Below are positions 1 to 10,342 of a stretch of 32,537 bases of DNA, piece by piece. Every line of letters starts with the position of its first letter. Position 1 is the stretch's first letter. Origin of the DNA: Octopus bimaculoides. Taxonomy: Eukaryota. Below the pieces are notes generated by a model. The model ran no database searches. It was not told the origin of the DNA and saw only the letters and a list, made by a program, of their open reading frames with translations. The stretch covers positions 75,375,402 through 75,407,938 of the forward strand of contig NC_068983.1 of NCBI RefSeq assembly GCF_001194135.2, written 5' to 3'. A program made the position numbers and the translations under genes.

Positions 1-175
1 TATATATATACATACGACGGGTTTCTTTTAGTTTCCGTCTACCAAATCCACTCACAAGGCTTTGGTCGGCCCGAGGCTATAGTAGAAGACACTTACCCAA
101 AGTGCCACGCAGGACTGAATCCGGAACCATGTGGTTGGTAAGCAAGCTACTTACCACACAGCCACTCCTGCGCCT
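1..175 (-). mobile_element. Family-A tRNA-derived SINE (CORE-like body), cut by the window start at its internal (TA)n
   Basis: Head ggagtggctgtgtggtaag..., B-box-like ggttccggattcagtcc, and gtggcactttgggtaagtgtcttc resembling the CORE domain. Many copies in this window. Confidence 0.9.
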
Positions 176-183
176 ATATTTAC

Positions 184-326
184 CTAAGTTTTAACATCAT
201 CTCCTTCGAAATCGTCACCTTGCGCAGTAATACACTGGTCCCAGCGTTCCTGTCACTTTTGGAATCCGGCCTGGAAGTCGTCTTCCGTAAGCGAGTCGAG
301 AACCTTCTGCTATTCGCTCTGGATGC
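184..326 (-). mobile_element. Mariner transposase C-terminal remnant
   Basis: Minus-strand translation IQSE*QKVLDSLTEDDFQAGFQK*QERWDQCITAQGDDFEGDDVKT*, a typical mariner C-terminus. The 103-aa ORF annotated here is an off-frame read. Confidence 0.85.
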
Positions 327-512
327 TATTCGCATGAATTCCCTGGTGTAAAATACAACTTCGCAAAAATTTTCTGAATTTTCCAAAATATATGAGGGGT
401 TATATGGCCTGCGTAAAGCAGAATTCCGCCAATATTTAATTTGTTTACAGTTGACAACACGTGTAGTGACGCACAAAACGACAACTTCCAAATACTATTT
501 TCTGGCTGGGTA

Positions 513-835
513 AAAATGATCAAACTTTAAACCTCTTTGATAGTTAAAAAAAAAATTCTGGAAAGAGTGAATTAGCACCCCAGATTCAGCGTGGAAAATT
601 ACATCAATACACCAAATTTTAAATAAAATTTAAAATTTCCATAGGTGCAGCCAAATAGAAAAGATCCAACACAAAAAATAATGAAAATAAAACGGATCTT
701 TGTGGTTTGAATCACTGCATGTCGAAATCTTGTAGCATAGAGATGTAATTTGTGACGCTGAATCCGAATTTGCTATTCATTTATTCCAGAAAAATTTTGA
801 GAAAATCTTACAGGTGTTCAAAGTTTGATCATTTT
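513..835. repeat. Imperfect inverted repeat (513-605 / 742-835)
   Basis: Blocks aaaatgatcaaacttt, ttctggaa, gattcagcgt and aaattacatc recur in reverse complement. Confidence 0.75.
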
Positions 836-1087
836 CAGAATTTTCAGCCAATCAGAAAACAGCGCGTTCACTTCCTGTGCCATCGTCTATCACAGTGGCG
901 AGGAGTGATTGGGGTGGGAGGCCATCATGTCAAAATCGAATTCCTACTGTTATGGAAACAGTTTTTTTTGTTTTTTTTTGCTTACTATGCTAACAGAACT
1001 TCACGGAAATGTGTAAAATACTCGCTTCTGATTGGTTAAAATACCCAGATTTTGCAAACTTTAAAGGCTAATATATTACTAATTATA

Positions 1088-2504
1088 AATTTATAGGGAA
1101 AATGGTTTTCATTTTTCATAATTATTATACAAAACTTAATCATTATACCAAATTTGAAAACAATTGGAACAAAATTGAAGACGGTGACTCAAACCACAAA
1201 GATCCAAGCAAAAAAAATTCGTTTTCATCGTGAAATGTTTGATGAAGGGGAGGGGGTAAGAAGTTTTTTTTTTTTAAATATGAATTACAAATCTGTTATA
1301 AGCGACGAGCATTCTGTTTATCTTAACATGGATAAACTGTAGAAAGACACAAAACTGCAGTACTGGTCTTGAGAAAGTTTCTCGTAGAAATGTATAGTGC
1401 TAAAAAACATAGAAGTGTAGTCAAAAAGTGTCCAGCAGTGATAATGGAATTGCTAAATCCTGATTTCTCACCAGCTATTTGCGACACCAGTGATTTGTTA
1501 ATCACAGTTTTTCTATACCAACTGAAATGTAATTTGTCTTAGCATGTCTTAGAAGAAGGATCGAGCAATTCCACCGCCGCTGTTGGACACTTTTCATCTG
1601 CGATTGATACACTTCGGCACTTTTCAACATTATACGTCTTTAGGAAAAGTTTTCTTATGACGAATACTGCAATTTTGTGGCTTTCTATATGTAATATCAA
1701 CCTCAAGTAAGATATATAGAATGCTATTAGGAATTACAAATGTTTCAAAATGTGAAATGCAATAAAATGATTAAAAATAAAAACGAAACAAGACAATAAA
1801 TAAAATATCATTGTAGTGGTGGTTGCTGTTCCAAAGGCATGATGGGATGGGATGGGAAGAAAACACAGACATTTAAAATACAAAAACTTTTTTAAAATTT
1901 CATTTATTGTTTTTGCGACGTCTTGTGAAGGTACGAAGAGGGGGAGTGATGGGGGATGACATTTATGGATTAAGTGGGTTTTTGTTTTCCTCCAAATTTA
2001 TTCTGAAATGCATGATGCAAAAAAAGGACAAATTTGAAAAATCCCGGCCAAAACGGAGAAATTCCAACCTATGTGGGACAATTGTTCCATAAGTCCCCCC
2101 CTCCCCAACACACACTCTCATGCACACTTGATGGGTTTTCACACAGTCTACCCAATTCACTCGTAACTCTTTGATCTGACCAGGGCTATAGTAGAAAACA
2201 CTTGCTCAAGATGCCGCCTTACAACGAACTTCTGAACTATACAGTCATGTCCGCGCCTACATATAAGATATACAGAATGCTCGTCGCTAATAACAGATTT
2301 GTAATTCATATTTAAAAAAAAAAAAACAACTTCTTATCCCCTCCCCTTCATCAAACATTTCACGATAAAAACGAATTTTTTTGCTTGGATCTTTGTGGTT
2401 TGAGTCACTGTCTTCAATTTTGTTCCAATTGTTTTCAAATTTGGTATAATGATTAAGTTTTGCATAATAATTATGAAAAATGAAAACCGTTTTCCCTATA
2501 AATT
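1088..2504. repeat. Inverted pair of about 238-bp repeats (1088-1325 and 2264-2504), probably DNA-transposon ends
   Basis: Reverse-complement alignment by eye gives about ten differences. Both copies end at the same inner boundary, TA|AGATA(T/A)ACAGAATGCTCGTCGCT. Confidence 0.9.
2140..2258 (-). mobile_element. Degenerate family-A SINE
   Basis: gggctatagtagaaaacacttgctcaagatgcc matches the family body. Confidence 0.6.
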
Positions 2505-3433
2505 CTTTCCCGGTCTTTTCAAACACAATGAGATTAGCAGCTTGCTGACAAAATGAAAGCCAAGACATTGACTCAAGAATCACCCCCAAAATCCTTAACT
2601 GAAATTAACAATTTCGATTAAGACTGTTCTGCATACAGCGTATAGTACATCATCTCTTAATTTGCTTCAGTCGTCAGGTTGTGACCGATAAAAATAAAAT
2701 GTTTTTTCTTTAAAAGAAACATGGCAACTTGCGGTTCAGATTTGTCCCCGTGACAGCATTGCTGAAAGGTCAATGGGACACATCGTCTTAAGTGTCTCGA
2801 GGGTTTATATTTGATGGTTGTTGTTATTGTTGTTGTTGTTGCTGATGCTTTACGATGGTCATTCCCACTACCTATCAGACTTGCCCCTTCCTTTGTCACG
2901 TCGGTACAGAGCAGACAATAGACAAAAACAAAGGAAGTTTGTTGCTACTGTTGTGACCATCCCGTCTTCTTCTTCTTCTTCCTTTCCTTTTCTTTTTATG
3001 TATTCATCAGAGATTCCATTGTTCAATGAAAGGGCATGATTTATAGGAGATTTGGTTGCTATTTCTAACAAATCGAATGGTTACATAGATTCTTCCTTCA
3101 TTGACTCGCTGTTGTATTTGTTGTTCCTGAGGTTATCGTTGTTATTGTTGTAGGAGAGTAATCATCCCGCTCCACCCGCCAGTCAGCGCCGTGCTATACG
3201 GAGCAAACAGAGATAACGACCAAACGGGAAATAGAAGCTATTGAACAGTTAATGAATGGATGGCTGAATAAGTGACGGACGCATGAACTCATTTATTCCT
3301 TTCAGATGATCTACTATCGTTTCTTGCTTTTTCTTTTTTTTTGGTAAACTTTTTCGTTTGTTCTGGTCTTTAATACCCACTCATACTATTTAAAAATATC
3401 AGTCGAAATTGTTGAGAGGCTAAAGTTATTGAA

Positions 3434-3465
3434 CTAGTTAGGAGTCACGACTTCAAAATCAGAAT
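3434..3465 (-). CDS. Possible terminal exon of the same minus-strand gene: (x)SDFEVVTPN* in phase 1, or ILILKS* (ending 3445) in phase 0
   Basis: Strong acceptor ttctttttttccag| at 3466 and AATAAA downstream on the minus strand (3292-3297). The link to the upstream exons is unproven; further exons could lie in the 3901-4562 gap. Confidence 0.3.
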
Positions 3466-3847
3466 CTGGAAAAAAAGAAGTCACAGAAAAAAATATATCG
3501 GGTTCAGTCCCACTGCGTGGCACCTTGGGCAAATGTCGGATCTAGTTCAAAACGGGGGCGCCAGTATTTTCTTAACGAAACACTTTGAAACTTGGGACAC
3601 TGGTAGAATGTGTCATATAAAACATCTTTTTCTCTTAGTCTTCTTAAGAAAAATTATTATATTGCAACTTATTTCATGTTAAAGTTGTCGTATTTCTGTA
3701 ATTTCAACCAATGACTGACGTCCATTCAGCCGAATACAGTAAGTGCTGACTACGTAAACAAACGATTCTCAAACGATTCTGGCGGTGATAAAATTATTAT
3801 TTCCTTGTCAAAAAATGGCTGAAGCATATTGGCAGTAGCTAATAAAC

Positions 3848-3900
3848 CTTTCTATTATAGGCACAAGGCCTGGTTTTTGAGGGAAGGGTTAGGGCAAATG
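3848..3900 (-). mobile_element. Family-B SINE tail running into an N-gap
   Basis: ctttctattataggcacaaggcc, as in the other family-B tails. Confidence 0.65.
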
Positions 3901-4562
3901 NNNNNNNNNNNNNNNNNNNNNNNNNNNNNNNNNNNNNNNNNNNNNNNNNNNNNNNNNNNNNNNNNNNNNNNNNNNNNNNNNNNNNNNNNNNNNNNNNNNN
4001 NNNNNNNNNNNNNNNNNNNNNNNNNNNNNNNNNNNNNNNNNNNNNNNNNNNNNNNNNNNNNNNNNNNNNNNNNNNNNNNNNNNNNNNNNNNNNNNNNNNN
4101 NNNNNNNNNNNNNNNNNNNNNNNNNNNNNNNNNNNNNNNNNNNNNNNNNNNNNNNNNNNNNNNNNNNNNNNNNNNNNNNNNNNNNNNNNNNNNNNNNNNN
4201 NNNNNNNNNNNNNNNNNNNNNNNNNNNNNNNNNNNNNNNNNNNNNNNNNNNNNNNNNNNNNNNNNNNNNNNNNNNNNNNNNNNNNNNNNNNNNNNNNNNN
4301 NNNNNNNNNNNNNNNNNNNNNNNNNNNNNNNNNNNNNNNNNNNNNNNNNNNNNNNNNNNNNNNNNNNNNNNNNNNNNNNNNNNNNNNNNNNNNNNNNNNN
4401 NNNNNNNNNNNNNNNNNNNNNNNNNNNNNNNNNNNNNNNNNNNNNNNNNNNNNNNNNNNNNNNNNNNNNNNNNNNNNNNNNNNNNNNNNNNNNNNNNNNN
4501 NNNNNNNNNNNNNNNNNNNNNNNNNNNNNNNNNNNNNNNNNNNNNNNNNNNNNNNNNNNNNN

Positions 4563-4698
4563 CTTAGCGGTTTGGCAAAAAGAGACCGATAGAATAAGTA
4601 CTAGGCTTACAAAGAATAAGTCTTGGGGTCGATTTGCTCGACTAAATGCGGTGCTCCAGTATGGCTGCAGTCAAATGACTGAAACAAGTAAAAGAGTA
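4563..4698 (+). mobile_element. Family-A SINE 3' tail emerging from an N-gap
   Basis: Reverse-complement match to 8442-8585. Confidence 0.85.
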
Positions 4699-4720
4699 AT
4701 GAATTTATGTCCAAGTTGCT

Positions 4721-4805
4721 ACTGTGTGGTACCTTTGGCAAGTGTCTTCTAAAGCTTCGGGCTGACCGAAGTCTTGTGAGTGGATTTGGGAGACAGAAAC
4801 TGTGT
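4721..4805 (+). mobile_element. Family-A SINE body fragment
   Basis: gtggtacctttggcaagtgtcttc...gtgagtggatttgg. Confidence 0.7.
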
Positions 4806-4980
4806 GCGTGTGTTTTATTGTATCTATGCTGAACCGTTACAGGATGTAAAAAAAAAAGAAGTCTTTTATTCGATTTCTTATTCAAAGTAAGACAATGAAA
4901 GAAAATTTTAAGTCAGTCATTTACTGATAGTATAAAACTTACAGATTGAAACCACCTTTCATAGTATCGTCAATAAATGG

Positions 4981-5119
4981 CTGAATTCCGCCGAGGTCGA
5001 CTTTGTCTTTCATCCTTTCGGGGTCGATAAATTAAGTACCAGTTGTGTACTGGAGTCGATCTAATCGACTGGCCCCCTCCCCCAAAATTTCGGGTTTTGT
5101 GCCTAGAGTAGAAACGAAT
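4981..5119 (+). mobile_element. Family-B SINE, 5'-truncated
   Basis: aattccgccgaggtcgactttgtctttcatcctttcggggtcgataaa, followed by tail tgtgcctagagtagaaacg. Confidence 0.88.
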
Positions 5120-5177
5120 AAATGGCTGATTTTTTTTTTCATTTTCTTTTGCTTAAGTAATTGAATAAAAGTTTTAT

Positions 5178-5670
5178 GTGCAGGAGTGGCTGTGTGGAAG
5201 AAGCTTGCTTCCCAACCATACACACCTTCTTATCGACATACAACCATCCGCACTTACGACCACAAAAATAAATAAATGATAAAAAAACAATAAATAAATT
5301 TTAAAAATCGATTTTCTGATGTTGGTCAGCTGCACGTACGGTAGCGATGGCAGCATCTGGCAAAGTAGGTCTCCCTCAGACCCAGGCATCCACTGCCTGC
5401 CACTGTCTGTCACTCAGTCACTTCAAGCATCAGTTGCATTTGAATGAAAATAGTGTTGAAAAATATAAATCTGACATACGACCAAATCGACTTATGACCT
5501 GTCAGTTGGAACAGGACTTGGTCGTAAGTCGAGGTAGTGTAGTTCCAGGTTCAAACTTATCGTGTGGCACGTTCAGCAAATGTCTTCTACTATAGCCTCA
5601 GGCTGATCACTGTCTAGGGACTAGATTTGATAGAGGGGAAACTGAAAGAAGCCCGTCTTACATACATATG
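5178..5670 (+). mobile_element. Family-A SINE interrupted by the MITE at 5221-5539
   Basis: Head caggagtggctgtgtgg at about 5181; body resumes at 5542 (gttccaggttcaaac...gaaactgaaagaagcccgtc). Confidence 0.85.
5221..5539. mobile_element. Tigger-like MITE inserted at a TA inside a family-A SINE
   Basis: TA on both sides and imperfect TIRs (cacacc..tcgacatacaacc / ggtcgtaagtcgaggtagtg). Removing it restores a contiguous SINE head. Confidence 0.75.
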
Positions 5671-5721
5671 GTAATATCAAGAGAAAAAAATACTCCATCC
5701 AGGGAGAGATAAATATTGTTT

Positions 5722-6487
5722 GTTTATTTATTTATTTTTCATCATCTTCAGTTCAAAGCTGTAGCTGTGTTGGGACACCACCATTTTGCTACACTGTTAT
5801 TATTTGTGAGCCTCTTCTGATATGTGAATAAGGGAGTTTCATGTCGCTGGCCTCGTTTGCACTTCCTGTCGTGAGGTGGGTTCATCTGAGACTCTTGACA
5901 GGAAGAGACCCAGTTTTGTTTTGAAAACATCTACATCCACTCTGTAGGTCCCTCAGGCTCTTTGGGAGAATATTAAAAAGCTATGGGCCCTTGAAACCCA
6001 GGCTGTTGCAGTAACTGGTCCTGAAGTGTGATGGCCTTGTTGGGGTCTTTAGCACTGTACAGTGGCAACCCGTTCTGGCATTTGTGTAGCTTTCAATGCC
6101 AAAATTTGGCAAAATTCCTTCCAGGATCTTCCAAATGTATATTACTGCATATCTCTCCCGCCTTTACTCCAGGGAGTAGAGTTTTAGCTGTTTCAGCCTT
6201 TCCCAGTAGCTGAGCTGTTGCAATGAGGCGGTTTTCTTTGTGAAGCTTTGTTTGATTGCTTCAAGGTATGCTGTTAATTTTACACCTTGGGGTGACCATA
6301 GTTGGGAGCAGTAGTCAAAGTGGCTGAAAACAAATGTCCCCCACAGGACCATCATGGTTTCCTTCTCTCTGGTTCTGAAAGTTCTCAGGATCCAGACAGC
6401 CAGCAGTCTGCATTTTCTCACCATCTTGGTAATGTGTACTTGGAAAGAGGTATCGTCACTCATGTTGATACCCAGGTCCTGCACTGA
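5722..6487 (-). mobile_element. CR1/L2-group LINE 3' fragment, 5'-truncated
   Basis: ORF 6164..6484 (DLGI..., WILRTF, HFDYCSQLWSP, LSYWERLKQLKLYSLE) continues as RERY-IYIWKILEG, LFNILPKSLRDL, FKTKL. Ends in a terminal hairpin and (AAAT)n. Confidence 0.9.
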
Positions 6488-6839
6488 TTTCTTTTTTTAA
6501 TGTACACAGTATGTAATTATGAGCTAATAATAGTTTCCTACATTGGAAATATTGTCTATGCAGGTTTTAATAACATGCCTAGTGTAATCTTCAAGCAATC
6601 TTTGGACTCTGAGCACATGGCCTACACAAGTTACAAATCAAACAACAGAACCAGAAAAATCACAAGAAAAAACGAGAGGAAGGTGGATGTAAATAATGGA
6701 AGGGTGAAAAAAAAAATGGAAAAAGGGGGAAAAAAAGAAAAGAATTAGATTTATGTCCCTTAGTGTAGAATCAATGAAAGGGGTCTAAAGTCTGTGATAC
6801 AGCTGCTCAATCTGGAGAGGATGGTGTTCTTCAATTTGC

Positions 6840-8062
6840 AAAGACAAACTTGTCTATATGTTTGCATTTGTTGAAAATTTCTGGTTCTTTTTTAGTTTTC
6901 TGCATTCTTTTGCTATTTTTTTATAATTATTATTTGTGTTAGCCATGGGTCTTAAGAAGGTTAGTGCAAAAGAGAATGATGAGAAGAACAAAAAGTTGAT
7001 CATGATAATATTCAAGAAGGAAATCATTGATAAACATGAGAGAGGAGTGTGTGTAGTGGACATAGTACATCAATGCAAACCAAGCATGTCGACAATCTGC
7101 ACCACCCTGTAGAAAAAGGATGAGATGAAGGCCATTACAAGAGCAAAGGGTGTCTCCAGGCTCTCCAAGCAATGAACAACTGTCCATGAAGAGACAGAAA
7201 AATTGCTTCTTCTGTGGATTAACGAGAAGTTACTCACAGGGGATATGATTACGGAGACCATCATCTGCAAGAAAGCACAAGTGCTGTATGGGGATCTCCT
7301 GAAGCAGAACCCTGGAACATTGACAAAGGAGACATCAGCAGACGCATTTACGGCCAGTCGTGGCTGGTTCGATAATTTCAAGAAGAGGACTGGTGTTCAT
7401 AGTATCAAAGAAAGCTATTTCCATGAGTGACATGAAGGCAGTGTTGGCAAAGTGGCAGTATGTTTCTGAATTTGTAAAAAAATATCATCCTGAAAAAGTA
7501 TCTACAGGTCATGCAGCTGCTTTATTTAATGACATTGCTTTGACACATTTTTGTAACATTTTCAAAGGCAGAAAAAAGCAGACTTCTCTTGATATGTTTC
7601 TAATGAAATGATCTGCAAGTGAGAAGAGTGAAGAAAGTGTCTCCAAAAAGCCTAAATTAAGCAAAGTGAGAGAGAAAATGCCAGAAATTGTTCTTCCTGA
7701 AGTTTCAATGGAAGAATATTTTCCTTCCAAACAATAATCTTCCTCTTCCTCGCTGCATCGTCCTCCTCATGCACAAATCATCCGATCTTTAAGGTAATTA
7801 AACTAATAAAACCAGTTTACATATTTCTTTTGCATTCTCTTTTATTATGTTTTTATAATTGTCATTTTCCTTCTAACTGCACCTTTTCTGTTTTAAAACC
7901 CATAAAAAATGACTTTTGGTTGTTTTTTTTTTTTTGGAGGGATGGAATGGATTAATTATATTCTAATTAATTTCAATGGGGAAAATTGATTTGTAAAACA
8001 AGTAAATTGTAAAATGAACTCGGTCATGGAATGAATTAAACTCGTACTGTGAGGTATTACTG
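6840..8062 (+). mobile_element. Internally deleted Tigger/pogo DNA transposon
   Basis: ATG at 6946 gives MGLKKVSAK...KKEIIDKHERG, LLLWINEK, FTASRGWFDNFKKR (CENP-B-type HTH), then a deletion to KYHPEK...KKQTSLDMFL. Right end gaggtattactg|TA. The left TIR is not clear. Confidence 0.9.
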
Positions 8063-8229
8063 TATACACACACACGCATGCAGACAGACAAATAGATTGA
8101 TAGATAGATAGACAGATGAATAGTTAGGTAGATATTCATATATATATATATTAGAGTAAAACCAATATAAACTTAATGATAGCACTCAACTCTTATTTGC
8201 AATGTAGAAAAATAATTATATGAGCTTAC

Positions 8230-8391
8230 CGTTTCATCCAGATCCCTGCATCTGTCTGTCAAAGTTTGAATTTCATTTTCTTTTCGATTCAAGGCTTCTG
8301 TAAGTCGTTCACAAGTATTCTTCCAGCCAAAGAGTTCTTCTTTCTGGTTGCTTACTGAATGGGACAGTTTCTCTTTGGTTTTCATCAACTC
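8230..8391 (-). CDS. Internal coding exon (162 nt, phase 0-0), coiled-coil: ELMKTKEKLSHSVSNQKEELFGWKNTCERLTEALNRKENEIQTLTDRCRDLDET
   Basis: Minus strand reads ttatttctttatttcag|GAGTTGATG...GATGAAACG|gtaagc. Lies within ORF-track entry 8173..8388 and has heptad-like composition. Confidence 0.85.
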
Positions 8392-8441
8392 CTGAAATAA
8401 AGAAATAAGATAATGTAAGCTTCAAATGTATGTCAAATATA

Positions 8442-9232
8442 TACTCTTTACTCTTTTACTTGTTTTAGTCAATTGACTGTGGCCATGCTGGAGCACCATC
8501 TTTAGTCGAGCAAATTGACCCTAGGACTTATTGTTTGTAAGCCTAGTACTTATTCTATCAGTCTCTTTTGCTGAACCGCTAAGTTATGGGGACATAAACA
8601 CACCGGCATCGGTTGTCAAGCGATGTTGGGGGGACAAACACAGACACACAAACATATACACACATACGTACATATATATATATATATATATANNNNNNNN
8701 NNNNNNNNNNNNNNNNNNNNNNNNNNNNNNNNNNNNNNNNNNNNNNNNNNNNNNNNNNNNNNNNNNNNNNNNNNNNNNNNNNNNNNNNNNNNNNNNNNNN
8801 NNNNNNNNNNNNNNNNNNNNNNNNNNNNNNNNNNNNNNNNNNNNNNNNNNNNNNNNNNNNNNNNNNNNNNNNNNNNNNNNNNNNNNNNNNNNNNNNNNNN
8901 NNNNNNNNNNNNNNNNNNNNNNNNNNNNNNNNNNNNNNNNNNNNNNNNNNNNNNNNNNNNNNNNNNNNNNNNNNNNNNNNNNNNNNNNNNNNNNNNNNNN
9001 NNNNNNNNNNNNNNNNNNNNNNNNNNNNNNNNNNNNNNNNNNNNNNNNNNNNNNNNATATATATAGATATATATATGATGGGCTTCTTTCAGTTTCCGTC
9101 TACCAAATCCACTCACAAGGCTTTGGTCAGCCCAAGGCTATAGTAGAAGACACTTGCCCAAGGTGCCACACAGTGGGACTGACCCTGGAACCATGTGGTT
9201 CGTAAGCAAGCTACTTACCACACAGCCACTCC
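8442..9232 (-). mobile_element. Full-length family-A SINE: tRNA head, CORE-like body, internal microsatellite (N-gap), tail ending (GAGTAAAA)n
   Basis: Head at 9070-9232, (TA)n on both sides of gap 8693-9056, tail at 8442-8650 homologous to 4563-4698. Confidence 0.9.
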
Positions 9233-9637
9233 CAGGCCTATATGTTATCATTCTCTGCAGATACATCAGTAATGATGTTAAATACCTGCCAAAAAAATAG
9301 AATTGTTATTTTTTGAAAGTCACATTACCTCAGTAAACTTGAAATATCTCAACAAAATAATGTTTCAAACGTGACATTCCTCAACAAAAGATAGATTAGT
9401 TTATAAAACTGCTTTCTATAGTTTTGGTTAATGAAATTTTGTGTGGATATATCTGATTTTTGTAGTAAAAGGGTTAAGATACAGCCAGTCTGTGAAACTT
9501 GGAATGTTGGTGCATCAAAAGCTACACAAATGGGATAAGGAAAAATCTCCAAGAATTTTGTAGATGGATACTCACAACCTCTCCTGTCACAGATGACAGT
9601 TGAGGATTCTGCAATTCCTTGCTGAACAACCTGTACA

Positions 9638-9814
9638 GAAGCACCCACTACACTCTCTGAGTGGTTGGCGTTAGGAAGGGCATCCAGCTGTAGAAACTCT
9701 GCCAAATCAGATTGGAGCCTGGTGTAGCCATCTGGTTTCACCAGTCCTCAGTCAAATCGTCCAACCCATGCTAGCATGGAAAGCGGACGTTAAACGACGA
9801 GGATGATGATGATG
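9638..9814 (+). mobile_element. Short RTE 3'-end copy
   Basis: Matches 14290-14460 of the RTE LINE; (GAT)n tail. Confidence 0.9.
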
Positions 9815-10143
9815 AATCACTGCCTCCATTAAATCGACATTTCCTGGTCAGGTACTCAGTATGCATACATCAGATGTCAAAGCGATTGCAGAGCAATGAA
9901 GGGTTTTTGCTGAAGAACAGAGCACACTACTCAATCTGAGAATTAAAGCCGTAATCTTACAATTATGAGTGCAACACACAATAACTAGGTTATGCAACCC
10001 TGAGAATTAAACTGTCTTAAGATACAATCAATGTATAAGGACAGCACAATAAAGACCAAAATGTTGATTCAAGGTATTCATCTTACAGAGAACAGATGAT
10101 ACTTGGAGATAAATGTTAAACTACTATTAAATCCTATTAATAT

Positions 10144-10342
10144 TGGTACAAGGCCAGCAATTTCGTGGGAAGAGTTAAGTTGATTAAATCAATTCCAGTG
10201 CTCAACTGGTGCTTTTTTCATTGACTCTGAAAGGACGAAGGGCAAAGTCAGCCTCAGCAGAATTTGAACTCAAAAATGTAAGGATGGATGAAATGATGCT
10301 AAGTTATTTGCATGCTAATGATTCTGCCAGTATGCTGCCTAT
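10144..10342 (-). mobile_element. Family-B SINE with a degenerate 15-bp TSD
   Basis: Body match; flanks aaatcctattaatat / aagtcctatcaatat. Confidence 0.8.

Noticed and set aside
2657-2899. Minus-strand 80-aa ORF with a Cys-containing stretch
   Set aside because: No recognisable domain or splice context, and part of it is a (CAA)n repeat.
3540-3830. Possible DNA-transposon fragment
   Set aside because: Single copy in the window with no TIR pair, TSD or coding remnant to support a call.
3829-4752. Long ORFs spanning N-gaps (also 8531-9205 and overlapping entries)
   Set aside because: Artefacts of translating N as X.
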